Assembly (NCBI RefSeq): GCF_037042905.1
Contig: NC_087251.1
Location: 25,174,001 to 25,238,000, forward strand
Length of the DNA stretch: 64,000 bases
From: Lytechinus pictus
Taxonomy: Eukaryota
Direction: 5' to 3'
The position numbers and the translations under genes are program-made. Numbering within the stretch: position 1 is the first letter of the stretch; the number at the start of each line of letters is the position of its first letter. Below are positions 14,264 to 27,500 of the stretch, one piece after another. The notes under the pieces are model-generated. The model was given only the letters and a program-made list of their open reading frames with translations, was not told where the DNA came from and made no database searches.

Positions 14264-14869
14264 AGGGATGGTCCAGGCTGGAGATATTTCTATCTCAATA
14301 AATAGAGTAAAATTCACAGAGCAAAATGCTGAAAATTTGATTAAAATCGGATTAAAAAAAAAACGAAGTTATTGAATTTTAAAGATTTGCATTATTCCGG
14401 TGAAACAGTTCTAGGCATGCCCTCATGAATATTCATTAGGTGGGCTGATGATGTCATATCCCCACTTGTTCTTTTGTATTTTATCATATGAAATCAGGTT
14501 TATTCAAAAAATTTCTACCAAGAACTAAAACAATTGGATTGACAACTGATTAACTGCATTAGTTATTTATTGCCGCAACCTATTTCATCATAACGGAGAC
14601 ACATCATTTACACATGGATGAAAACATGAAACCTTTATGATTTCATGTAATAACATAAGAAAAAAGAAAGTGGAGATGTGACATCATCAGCCAACCTAAT
14701 GAATATTCATGACGATGTGCATATAAATGTTTTCACAAAATATTTATAAACTTTAAAATTCAATAACTTTGTTATTTTTTATCCAATTTTGATGATATTT
14801 CCATGATTTTGCTCTGTGAATTTTACTCCATTTATTTAGATATAAATATTTTCAGCCCGGACCATCCCT
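14264..14869. mobile_element. Kolobok/T2-type MITE, family A copy 2 (opposite orientation to copies 1 and 3)
   Basis: TTAA|AGGGATGGTCCAGGCTG...CAGCCCGGACCATCCCT|TTAA. Confidence 0.9.
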
Positions 14870-16871
14870 TTAAACCTCTTTGAACCGAAAAGAGGTTTTG
14901 ATGAAGTTTTATTAATCATATAGGCCTCAATACAGGGCTACCTTAACCGATTCAGGATTATACGGGATATCACTAAAAATTGAACACGATTTTACAAATT
15001 TGTTGGAAGCTTGGTGATCTAGAGGCATCAATAAAAATATGTTTATTTCTCTCTTAAAAATATATTTTGGGGAAACTTTAGCATAGATAGTATTAGCGGA
15101 TGTGGAGAAGAAAGTAAAATTAGTTGTTTTCATCGTATACAGGTGGGATACAGCAAATATCAAGGATTTAATGAAGAAAAAGATATTGATGATATGGAAA
15201 TCGTGCAGTTTGTGAATATTCATATCAAACAATCTTTTTTATGCTGATAGAGTGCATTTAATTCAAAAGTATATGACTCCATCACTCGAGTGTCTACACG
15301 TAATGTATATATTATGCACTTTTCCATGATTATCGCCCAAACTCTCAACGCGTCCAGGACAAAGTGCATTCCATAACGTATCAGTGTTATCTAATTCTAC
15401 ATTGTCAAAACAGAGTCTATCCATGTATTGTACAGGAAGGTATAATACAAGAGACAAACATATTGCCCAACGTTCAATTCTACATAGTTTGACTGTTTTT
15501 CTCACTTTACTTGTTTACTTTTCCATGAAGAAGTAGTCATGCATGGAAATGCATGTTAAAAGCGTGACTTGCATGTGCAGAAGATTGATTTTTGGTGAAA
15601 TAATTGTATTCTGGCGATCAGTGTATTTTTTAAGTCAGTTGGTTCCGCTGTAAGCGGATGCATTGATCCTATCATTTAAACCTTGACACGTACATAAAAA
15701 ATACAAAATGAGGTATAGGGTCATCGATTCCCTTTTTTCTCTTTTTGCTCTCATGAGATAATTCAAAGACAACGACATTGCTTTTTCCGATTCATGTTTG
15801 GCTTTTCTAGGAAGTTGAGGAGAAAGTAATAATGATGAGGGTATCAGAGCCTCTTATACTTGCTGGGTAGTCAGATATACACTGACTTGTCAATAGCCAC
15901 AAATGAATGCAATTTAAACACATTTTAATGGATTCCTATTGTGCATCCCTATATACTCATTAATTGTTGGGTAATGATAAATAGTAGATCTCTGTCACAG
16001 AGAAGAGATTAATGTCCTTAAAAATAACTTCAATAGGTTTTTAACGTACCCAAACATCGTCACATCAACATGCATACGGGTATTGAAAATGAGAAATTTG
16101 AGCAGATTTGTATATTTGATTTTTATTCATGTTAATGATCATACTGTATATTATTTCGTTCATATGTCAAGCGCTGGAGAGTTCTTGTATTGTGGGCAAG
16201 ATTGCACTTTCGTTATTACTATTCATACTAAATCAGTGTGTAATTCGGAAAAATAATGAAATATTGATGAATTTGGAAATTTATTCAATGATTTGCTGAA
16301 TACTATCAAATTAGATTAAGTATAGGATATCCTAATTAGGTGAGGGATCAAGGTGGGGGCACATTCGGCCCGTACCCTTCCCCTTTCTTTTTATTATTGT
16401 TATTTTTTTAGTGGAATATCGTGAATACGCAAGTGAAGACTTTTTTTTGCTTGTCAAATTTTTTTCGAAACCAAGATGCCCTTACTTTTGAAAATCCTGA
16501 TCCGTTCCCTGTCCCAACTGCTGCAATATACGAATAAAAAGGGGTATCAAGAAGGATGTTTTCTTTAGAAGCATGACACACTTTTACTATACACAAAGTG
16601 CAGCCAAGGGAACTTACTTTTTGAAGAAGGCATCGAACTGACAACATTTCCCCGCAATAAACAATTAACTCATTTCCAATGCGAGATTTTTTGTATATCT
16701 AATGATCTCATTTGTAGAACATCCATAACTTTTTTTATTCCTTATATCTGATATCTTTTAAACTTTTTGCCATCCTTTCAATCACTCTGCTATCACACAA
16801 TTTAATTTCCTTAGCAATTTGGATTGCATTTTGATCAATGATTTCTCAGTTATTACGATAGCGTTGATCAG

Positions 16872-17140
16872 GGCCCCGTCTTACAAAGAGTTGCGATTGA
16901 TCCAATCAATCGCAACTATGGAAAGCCAGCAAAGTCAACATGTAAAATGCATGTTTGTTTTACAAAAGTTCTAGATATGAATGTATATCCATAAATTCAT
17001 TGATTTCTTGACATTTTGGCGTGTTCTCCTTCGTTTACAAAGAAACTTTTGCAAATTTCCTGTAGAAAAAATTATGACACTAATGGATTTCCATAGAGTT
17101 ACGTTTGATTGGATCAATCGTAACTCTGTAACACGGGGCC
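16872..17140. mobile_element. PIF/Harbinger-like MITE, family B copy 1
   Basis: CAG|GGCCCCGTCTTACAAAGAGTTGCGATTGATCC...GGATCAATCGTAACTCTGTAACACGGGGCC|CAG; 3-bp CWG TSD; homologous to 25613-25844. Confidence 0.85.
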
Positions 17141-17744
17141 CAGGTGTATTTTGATGAATCATATCTGTTTACTTATTAGAGAATAAAGTAAAATTGAACA
17201 TTCGAAATTTCATCTACAAGGCATAAGACATTTAAACGTGCGACATTATGGGCTTACCCATTTGCATTCCGCCCGTTTGCTATTGCTCAAAATGCTGTAA
17301 TTTCATATTCTTCATAAAAATTCGTTAAAAGTTCACCTCTGGTTATAGGGGTCTACATGTGTCCAAATCGATGTCAGGTTAGAGGCTTTTTAAAACTCAT
17401 CTTATACATGTATAGGGGTACACCAAGGACGCGTTTCATTACGGGATTTGCCAGACAATTACAATATTAAAAGTCGGTTCCATAACAATTTGCTCCGATG
17501 GAAAATCTGCGCATTATTCCAAACATGAAACCCAACCGCCAAAACTAGACAAACCCTGATATCTTCTTTACATTGTTCTGAACCAAAAACTATCTTTCTA
17601 ACCCTATGTCCTCTTGAGATATACTGTAGGAGACGTGAGCAAATGTCACAGGGGTATTTAAGTCGTGTCACCTAACAATAAGATATTTGTGCTTCAGTCA
17701 GCCAAAATCAAGGAAAGTTGTTAGCTCTGACAATTTGTCAGATC

Positions 17745-17960
17745 ATGGCCATTATCAGCGGGGGGGGGGGGGGCAGTCCCCCCCAAATTGGAAAACTTAC
17801 ATTTTTTTCAGTAAAAAAAAATTTCACAAAAATTCACAAAAAGTGTGCACCAAATCCTCCATTCTAATTGTAAAAATGCAAAACGCCCATGACAAGCTCA
17901 ATCGCTTTCGCGTTTCTTTTTTGCCCCCCCCCCCCCGTAAAACTTCTGTATACGGGCATG
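17745..17960. mobile_element. Small MITE with poly-G/poly-C arms
   Basis: GTCAGATC flanks both sides (17737-17744, 17961-17968); CATGG/GCATG-type ends. Confidence 0.6.
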
Positions 17961-19067
17961 GTCAGATCACAAATATTTGAATAAATACATTGATCAAGCA
18001 ATCAACTTAAAATTTCTTAAATCGGATGAAAAAAAAAAAACCTTTGTCTTTGTTAGGTTTAACATTATTTTGGTGAAACTAATCATATCCATATTTTTCT
18101 TTTTTTTGTTTTAATATGAAATTATAAAAATCCAGTCTCTTTCCCTGTCTCCCAGTTAACCCTTCTTTTTTTCTCTCCTTCCCATCTCTTTCACTCTTTC
18201 CTACTTCATCGCGATTTCACTCTCTCCCTCTTTCACTCTCACTACCCCTTTCTGTCCCTCTCTTACCCTTTCTTCTTCTCGTTCATCTCGCTATTTCCAT
18301 CGAAGCTAACATATTTCATTTTACACAATATTATGCCATCATTATCTTTTTATTTTCTTTATGTAACAATAAACAGGGGTTTGTATTTATACACAAATCA
18401 TACTATTACTCTTTGCAATAATTTTATATCTGGTATTAAAAATCAAAATTAAATTGCACAAAAGAGAACATAAAACAGTATATCTATATCGTAGCCACAC
18501 ACCAAAACATAACTTTCAAATAAATAAACTCATGAATGTTAATGTCCGTAGATGATCTCTCATCTAGGATTTTACAAAATTATAATAACATAGTTTTGAC
18601 AGAAAAAAAAAGAAACAGTAGAAAATCCTCTTGAACAACCTCCTAAATGGAAGAATCATTGCTAATTTATGATACCTATACATTTATTCTTTGAAAGAAA
18701 GGCTAATCATCAAAATAAAGTGGGTTTCTTAAGAATTTTAGTAATAGCTCCCTTCAAAATATGCTGATGTTGCTTAACATTCATATCACTACTTAATAGT
18801 GGAAATCATATAAATATTAACAATTAGACTGAGGTTTTCAACCTTTCATACTTTGTTTAAACATCAGAAAAGAGTTAAGCCACCTGAAATTTTATGCAAC
18901 GCCCCATTGGTATTTCCTTTTCAACTAAGGAAAGAGAAAACAAGAACATGTATACACAGGCAAGATGAAAAAACAAAACTTCTCCCTATCCATCCCCTTC
19001 CTTGTACAGATGTCTTAGCCAAGTGGACAAGTCTTTAAAGTTTGCCTCTAAATATTGTTATCATTAA

Positions 19068-19567
19068 AGGGATGGTCCGGGTTGAAAATACTTATATCTA
19101 AATAAATAATTTTTAACAAAGCAAACTGCTGAAAATTTAATCAAAATTGGATAATAAACAACGAAGTTATTGAAATTTAAAATTTATCAATATTTTGTGA
19201 AAACAGTTATATGCACATCGTCATGAATATTCATTTGGTGGGCTGATGATGTCAAATCCCCACTTTCCTTTTTCTTATGTTATTACATGAAATCCTAATT
19301 GTTTCATTTTTTCATACATGTGTAAATGATGTGTCTCCATTATGATGAAATAAGTTGCGGCAATAAATCACTAATGCACTTAATCAGTTGTCAATCAAAT
19401 TGTTTTAGTTCTTGGTAGAAAAATTTCGAATAAACCTAATTTCATATAATAAAATACAAAGAACAAGTGGGGATATGACATCATCAACCCACCTAATGAA
19501 TATTAACAAAGACATGCCTAGAACTGTTTTACCGGAATAATGCAAATCTTTAAAATTCAATAACTTC
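19068..19567. mobile_element. Kolobok/T2-type MITE, family A copy 3 (right end truncated)
   Basis: TTAA|AGGGATGGTCCGGGTTGAAAAT start; body colinear with copy 1; right TIR missing. Confidence 0.85.
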
Positions 19568-20801
19568 TTTAAGTCCAACCATTAATGTCCTTTGCCATGA
19601 TATCTATCTCTCTTGAAGTGCTTGAGTGTTATAACGACAGCTATGGCTGCAGCTTAGGTTGTTGGTAGAGCACCAGGGGAGAATGTCATCTACATCTGTC
19701 ATGTGACAAGTTTTCCCAGTTTTGATTGGCTGAGAAGTATAGGTATTTTTTTTCTATGGTTACAGTTGAAAAATGACAACACTTCAGTTCTAACAACATT
19801 CAGGAAGTTGTCCCCTGTAAAGTCATTCATGGCAGACATGAGTGCGATATAAGGATAGAACTTAAAAGAAAATCTGCACACAAATATGATGTTAATATAG
19901 TAATAATTATGGTTTCTTAAATTCTGAATGTGCAAGCGAAAACCAAGCTCTATAGACTTGTATAATATGGTGTTCAGGGGTTAATCACGATAATGTCACA
20001 ACCTTAGTGCTTCATCTCTTTCCAAAATAGTTCACCGTTTTCACAAAATAATGTAGCACATAATTCTAATAATAATATTAGGTCTCTTTGACAGAATCAA
20101 AATGTAAAGTAAATAAAATTATTTGATGAATATGACTTGAAAACATTGAATCTTATTTCTTTGCCTGCCAAACTAATCATGCAAATAAAAAAAAATACAA
20201 TCTATAACAACCGTTGAATAAAATATGTCTCTATTAGAAACCCAATAAACGTCTATTAAGTAGAAAATTGTAAATCTAGATCAAATTGTACTGCATAATG
20301 TTGTAGAACTACTGGTAATATAAATGCCTGAGTTACACATCATATTTTTGCTTCATAATATGCAATTTTATGTGGCATTTGTGTAGTACTAAACAAAATA
20401 CCAAGCAATTTAAAGCAAAATTTACAAACAATATTCAATCCATGTTACAATAAAGGTAAGTGAATACATTCATGATCACAGATATTTAAAAACTATTTCA
20501 AGCAAACATATTGATGAGTGATGACAAATGAATGCATTTAAATATTCCCTGCAAACACATTTCATACATACCCAGAAAATTTAAACAACCATAATATATT
20601 ACTAATTAGGGATAGAAATTGATAGATTTATTTCACTTCGTTTTTATAGTTTATAATATAGAAAACAACACCTTTCTATAAAGTTCTCAGCTGTCCAGGA
20701 AACTTCACTCATCTGCACATTCTTGAAGTGATATACATATGGCCAATAGACAGAAAATTTTGAGCGCATACTCTTTCATATAGATTTAGAGGCTTTCTTA
20801 A

Positions 20802-21272
20802 AGGCGAAGTTCATCCTGAAGAAAAGTTTGTTGTAAAAATAGCAGAAAAAATAATTAAAAAATATTAGTGAAGGTTTGAGGAAAATTCATTAAAGATGAA
20901 GGAAGTCATTAGAATTAGAAGTTTTGGATGTGTGATTTCATAAATGAGCAGCTGCCCAATATATTATGTAAAATTTCATATTTGTAATGGATCGTGATGA
21001 CTTATTTTTTTATTCATTTTTTTTAGGAATGGGTGTAAAATGATATGCCTCTTGATATACTGAATGTACAGTAAAAACCATTTTCAAAACCATTTTCAAT
21101 TTTCTGAGAAAATGACATTTCACTTATCTCTTACAATTGGATATGTAGGAGAGCTGCTTGCATATGTAATTAAAATTTATTCTATGATGGATTTTCTCAA
21201 ACCTTCAGCAACATTTTATATGTATTTTGTGCAATTTTTACAATAAGCTTTTTGTCAGGGTGAACTTACCCT
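20802..21272. mobile_element. Kolobok/T2-type MITE, divergent subfamily
   Basis: TTAA|AGGCGAAGTTCATCCTGA...TCAGGGTGAACTTACCCT|TTAA. Confidence 0.8.
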
Positions 21273-21392
21273 TTAACAATGAATTTTTGAGCTTACAGAT
21301 TAGATCATAACCACATTAAATCAAGATTCCTTGACATATACGTTTACATATAGATGATTGAGAAAAGGATTATTCTTTTGAAAATGTAAAAA

Positions 21393-22275
21393 AACTAGGA
21401 CATCAATGATGTGGAGCTCATCCGGCATCTCGCAAGGGAATTTAACACAATTTTTTATTTCAGCCCAGTTGACACTGTAGTGAATTATATTGGTGACATA
21501 AATTGAGGAAACAGAATTGAAATTGATGAAGAAATGACAAGCGTTATTGTGATTTCTGAATAAATTTTGTATAAATTAGCATAAATCATTTTCTGGTCAA
21601 ATTTTTTAAATTGTGTGTAGAACCTTAGTGAACCTCATTTATTTTTGTTATTTATTATTTATTTATTGGTATATGCACATATATTGACCAGCAGCAGGGC
21701 TGAAAGGGTCAATTTACAATAATAATACAAAGTACAAAAAAAAAACATAACAAGTAGAGTAAGTATAATTTTGGCCAAATGATTGAATGGCATTTTACAT
21801 GAAGATATATGTATTTCTTGAATACAAAAGGATAGATAAGAGAAAGAAATGTGAGAGAGCAGGGGGATAGAAGTAGAAATGTATTACAGAAAGAGAAACC
21901 TGAGACGGGGAAATAGAGGGTGGTCAGAGAGACTAAAGAGACAGAAACCAAGAACATTATAAATGTTTTCAAAAAATTAGGTACATTAGTGAACATTCTA
22001 CACATTCACGTGTAGCTCTCGGAACAAAACAAAAATCAAAATCAGTCAACAAATAAGTATTTTGTGAGTTTTTAAATATATAATACATAAATTAGCATAT
22101 TTAATGAGTTTCAAAATTCTGTGTAGAAGTTTTGAATCCCCCACCTAGTGCCATCATATAAAGCAAACAGAATTGAAATCGGACTTGAAATGTCAAAGAA
22201 GAATCATTTTGAAATTGTGGACAGACGACAGACGCCACAAGCTCATCTGGCCCTTTGGGCCGGATGAGCTAAAAA
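21393..22275 (+). mobile_element. Helentron-associated (HINE/DINE-1-like) non-autonomous element, family D
   Basis: Subterminal AGCTCATCCGGC (21415-21426) is complementary to GCCGGATGAGCT (22259-22270). Terminal hairpin AGCTCATCTGGCCC-TTT-GGGCCGGATGAGCT, preceded by GACAGACG microrepeats; A-rich flanks. Confidence 0.65.
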
Positions 22276-24546
22276 TGATGAGACATCAGTGTAGTACTGA
22301 TACATAACTTTCAAAACCAAGAATATGCTAATTTTACATTTCTCAATCAATTTAAATCAAATTTATGTTGATTGGACTTTGGCCTATCAATCTCAGGGAT
22401 GATAAACATGTAACATACAAGTGACACATGCTGAAAATATCATCAATGATAGATACCGACAGGCCATTCATTCATCCTTCTTTATGATGAATGGGTATAA
22501 ATCCTTTTATCAGTGAGGTAGGAATATTTAATTTCAAATTGATGAATGGAATTATCAAAGAAAAACATCAAGATGTACAATCAGTCAGTATCTAAAGCTT
22601 CAAAGAGCCTGAAACTAACTAAATGGCAACAATTTAATTCAGAAGCCTTAATGAAAGGCAGATTTGGATCATGATTTTTTTTCTTCTTTTGTGCTCCAGT
22701 TTTAGGGCAAATGAAAAGATGGTTTCAAGCTTTACAAATATCAAATCCCCACTTTGATTCAAGTTTGAAATTGATCAACACTCACAAAGTCTGTCTCGGT
22801 ATGAAGAGATCCAATATAAATAGACTTTCCTAATTTAGCAGGTAAAATTAATTTTACCAGCACTTAACATTACTAAAGGTAGTTTACTTCATATGTAATA
22901 TATCACAGGGTGTTACTATTTTCTGCTTAAACACATAATATGAAATGGTCAAAGAGAGGTTATACCCATAACTACCTTCCAGAAAACCTCTAATACACAA
23001 TCCAGCAGAGATTGATAAAACTTTTGTAAAATTGCACAACACAATATGAGTCAAATGCAGGTGAATTATCTTTGCTGAAAGTAGAAAAAAAAATTGCATC
23101 TGGTCGAATGAGAGGTATACTGTATCTCTTCCTTCGAGGCCAGACTGAGGCCGAATATTCCAATACAAGGCCGGCCGAGGCTGGAGAACCAGGAAAAGGA
23201 CAGCCATGGCCAAATATTGTGATATTATTTGGTGGCAACGGCAAGATTTCATAGGGACCCTAAATACCTGTCATTTCTTTGCCCAGTGATGCTCTTTGTT
23301 TTGGTTAGGTTTTTTTTTTCCACACCTCCATAAAAAACATACACTGATGCTCATATACATACCGATATACTTTACATATACAGTACACTCATATAGTCCA
23401 TACACACACTCATACATAACCACTTACCCAATTAACCATATTATCAACCCTTTGAGGACGACTAGATTTTTTTTACTTTGCCTCAGGTTTTCGAGTTGTT
23501 TTGAAATCAAATTGTCTGGGAGTCTACAGACAATTGATTTCAAAACAATCCGAAAGCCTAAGGGAAAGTCAAAGTTTTCACTCTAGTTTGATGAAAAATG
23601 GAAGGGTTATCACTTTGAAATATTATTGAATAATGTTGAACGTAAATTTCAAAATGAGAATACCAAGATATTGACAGAACGGTGCACGCGCAAAACATTT
23701 TTTTAACAGTATGAGCATGCGCACATGCCTTGCAAAGTCTAATCTCCATCACGTCATTGTCAATGCAGCATGCATGCAGTGCATCTGGGCTGCATAAATT
23801 GGCTTTGACATCAAGAACAAAATAGAAAGACAAAAGAAAGTAAGAAAGAAGTGTGTACTCATACAGGTGGATGGGCGTACTCGACATTCGACTCTCCCCC
23901 CCCCCCTCTCTCTCTCTATTAGTTTCAATAATATTTTAGAGAAACTGACAACATTCGGCATTTGCACACCCTAAAATTCTGTCGGACTCGGCTGGCCTTG
24001 ACCTGAGGATTGTGTCCGAGGCAGAGGATTAACCTCCGTCCTCGAGGATGAGGACAAGGACGATTTTGCAGCCTCGAGACCCACAACACTGTTCATTAGA
24101 TCCACAAAAAACAACAATGTGTTCACTAGTGACTGGTATTTCACAGTCTGCAAGTACATTGTCATAACAACATGCCAATGCATTCAAAGTAGAAATGCAA
24201 CAAATACCATCATGGAGTGTTCATTGGAGTGCTATTCTAGTCACCTGATGGTCTGTGCAATTTCTGCATCCTGCTATGTAAGGCATGCTTACATAATATC
24301 TTGCTTTGAAAAATCTGCCTATCATAATGAAAAAAATGAAAGGTCATTTGACCAAAATTGCCCATTAGGTAACTCAGAATTGGTCTTTTCTATTGAATTT
24401 ATTAGAATGTCTGGAAAATATTAGAACGCTTTTGGCATTTCATAGTTCTTAAGGTCAGGTCATATAACTTCACAAAAACCTTTATGAAACACCATCTCAG
24501 ATGAGTTTAAGTTTGGAAGGTTACTATTCAACATACTATTCTCTTG

Positions 24547-27500
24547 TCACCTATGTAGAAGATAGTCTTGTATGATGTTTGGTATGGGTAGGTTTCTAAT
24601 GGCACTCTCTGTGAACAGTCTATGAGGTCCTAACCTCTCCCTCACAACCATGCGAGACAGGTGCATCAGTGAACGTGGGCAATCTGGAAATAGATGGTGA
24701 AAATATACTTTAATAAATGAATAATGATGAATCCTACCATCTTGAAAATCACAACATCCTCTTTAATAACACCAGAATTTTAACTTCTGCTTAGATATAG
24801 GGGCGGCGCCACTAAGGGGCTCAGGGTGACTGCCCCCATGATTTTTTTAGAAGGAAAAACAGAAAAGAGAAAAAATTAAAGAAGAAAAAGAATGTGATCA
24901 CATAAAAAGAGAGGCATGTGTCATTTAATGCAATTATAAACTCATTATTTAATTAATTAAAAAAAAAAAAGATCACCAATAGCTCATCTAGCTGCCTCCA
25001 TTTAAAATTATTCTTGCCCATCCCTGAATATATATGTTGTGTGGTCACTTTATATTTCATATGTATCCTCAATACATGTTCACTGCAAAATATATTTGCT
25101 ATTGTATCATTTTCGTTAAAATAAACCTTTCACTGAATCAACTGGATTAAATTACTCAACAATTACCACCATCATTGTTTGTTTGTGGTTTTATAACTCG
25201 CTTAATACACACAAGGAGTTAAGTCAAACATCCACTCACCAACATGGGGCTTAAGCGCATCCATTACATATTTACAGCGAGGTTGAAAACTAATATACTC
25301 CCACCAGAGTCTGACCAGTGCCTCAAAGAAGTCCTTCTGGCCTACAGCGTAATCCTTGAGAGGACAGTAGCCCTTGGTGTCATCTGAACAGTCATCACAC
25401 TCTGGCTCCAGCTCTTGGCCACGGTCAAGGAGGAACTGGATTGCTTCCAGGTCCTTGGATCGAGAGAATACCCTGGGAGAGGAAAATAAAGGGAAGAAAG
25501 GGAATAGAGTGTGAAATGAGGAAAATAATGCTCTATTAAAAGTTAAATTTGTACCCTGCTACTTGAAGGATGAATACACTGCTGGCAGTCTACAAGTACT
25601 CAAGTACTCCTGGGCCCTGTCTTACGAAGAGTTGTGATTGATCCGATTAATCGCAACTATGGATGGCCAGCAATGACAACATCTACATAATGCATGTTTT
25701 TTTTGTTCAAAATATTTTCTAACTATGATGTATATTGCATTCATTGTTTTTTTGAAAATTCACTGTGCTTCTCTTTGTTTACAAAGAAAATTATGACACT
25801 GATGGATGGATCCAATCAATCGTAACTCTTTGTAAGACGGGGCCCTGTACTCAAGTACAGTTGATGAAAAAACTTTTTGTTGAGGTTGAAAATGCATTAT
25901 TACATGTACCGGTGCCTAAAAATGCATTTTAGAGATAGTGTGTATTTTATCAGTCTAACTGATTAACTCAACACAAAATACATCACAATGGCTCAGACAA
26001 AGCTTAGCTATATGACAGAAGACCATAAAATCATACATCCTTCCTCCATGAAATGTATATATTTTGTGCCTATATCTGCACTAAATCATGGCCCATTTCT
26101 GTACATCCATATTCTAAGCTGATCAAACCCAAGCACTCGTGTCAAAATGCATACACTAGTTTGCGCAGTCCAGAGATATTTCATTAGTTATGTTTACACA
26201 ACGTTGCTAAACTACAATTATCATCCAAGTATTAAACCTCAATGATAACCAGTTGTTTAATCCTTTGTACATGGGTACTAGAAAGTTAACAATCTTTCAG
26301 ATATCTTTAAAGATCAAAACTACAATATTCAAAGATTAGATGTCATTTTAATGCTCATTGTAGTTTGAGCATGGATATACTACTACTGGAATGCCCAGAA
26401 ATTTATAATTCATAATCAAGACAAGTGGAATGCCTCTGGCCGTCTCACCTGCATCACGCGATTCAATATAGCAGCAGTGCTGATTTTGAAAACTACTATA
26501 ACTCGCACAAGATGTTCAGTGATACTTGGTTACTCTTATTTCCACGTTTTATGAACTAGACCCATACACTTATAGAGATATGATGGTAATTCAACAAATA
26601 CCCCCAACGTGGCCAAAGTTCATTGACCTTACATGACCTTTGACCTTGATCATGTGACCTGAAACTCGCACAGGATGTTCAGTGATACTTGATTACTCTT
26701 ATGTCCAAGTTTCAAGAGAAAGATCCATCAACTTTCCAAGTTATGATGGTAATTCAACAGATACCCCCATTATGGCCAAAGTTCATTGACCTTTGACCTT
26801 GGTCATGTGACCTAAAATGCGCAAAGGATGTTCAGTGATACTTCATTACTCTTATGTCCAAGTTTTATGAACTAGACCAACACACTTTCAAAGTTATTGC
26901 GGTAATTCAACAAATACCCCAATTTGACCAAAGTTCATTGACCCTAAATGACCTTTGACGTTGATCATGTGACCTGAAACTTGCACAGGATGTTCAGTAA
27001 TACTTGATTACTATTATGTCCAAGTTTCATGAATCAGATCCATAAACTTTTAAAGTTATGATGGTAAATCTACAGATACCCCCAATTCGGCCAAAGTTCA
27101 TTGACCCTAAATGACCATTGACCTTGGTCATGTGACGTGAAACTCATGCAGGATGTTCAGTGATACTTGATTAACCTTATGTATAAGTTTCATGAACTAG
27201 GTCCATATATTTTCTAAGTTATGATGACATTTCAAAAACTTAACCTTAGGTTAAGATTTTGATGTTGATTCCCCCAACATGGTCTAAGTTCATTGACCCT
27301 AAATGACCATTGACCATGGTCATGTGACATGAAACTCAGGCAGGATGTTCAGTAATACTTGATTAACCTTATGGCCAAGTTTCATGAACTAGTTCCATAT
27401 ACTTTCTAAGTTATGCTGTCATTTCAAAAACTTAACCTCAGGTTAAGATTTGGTGTTGACGCCGCCGCCGCCGTCGGAAAAGCGGCGCCTATAGTCTCAC

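Noticed and set aside
23070..24060. GC-richer patches with partial inverted ends (CCCTTTGAGGACG / CGTCCTCGAGG)
   Set aside because: Probably decayed transposon relics, but termini and TSDs are too degenerate to support a call.
26500..27420. Regularly spaced repeats resembling a CRISPR array
   Set aside because: Whole 150-190 bp units repeat with no unique spacers, there are no cas genes, and the context is a eukaryotic intron.
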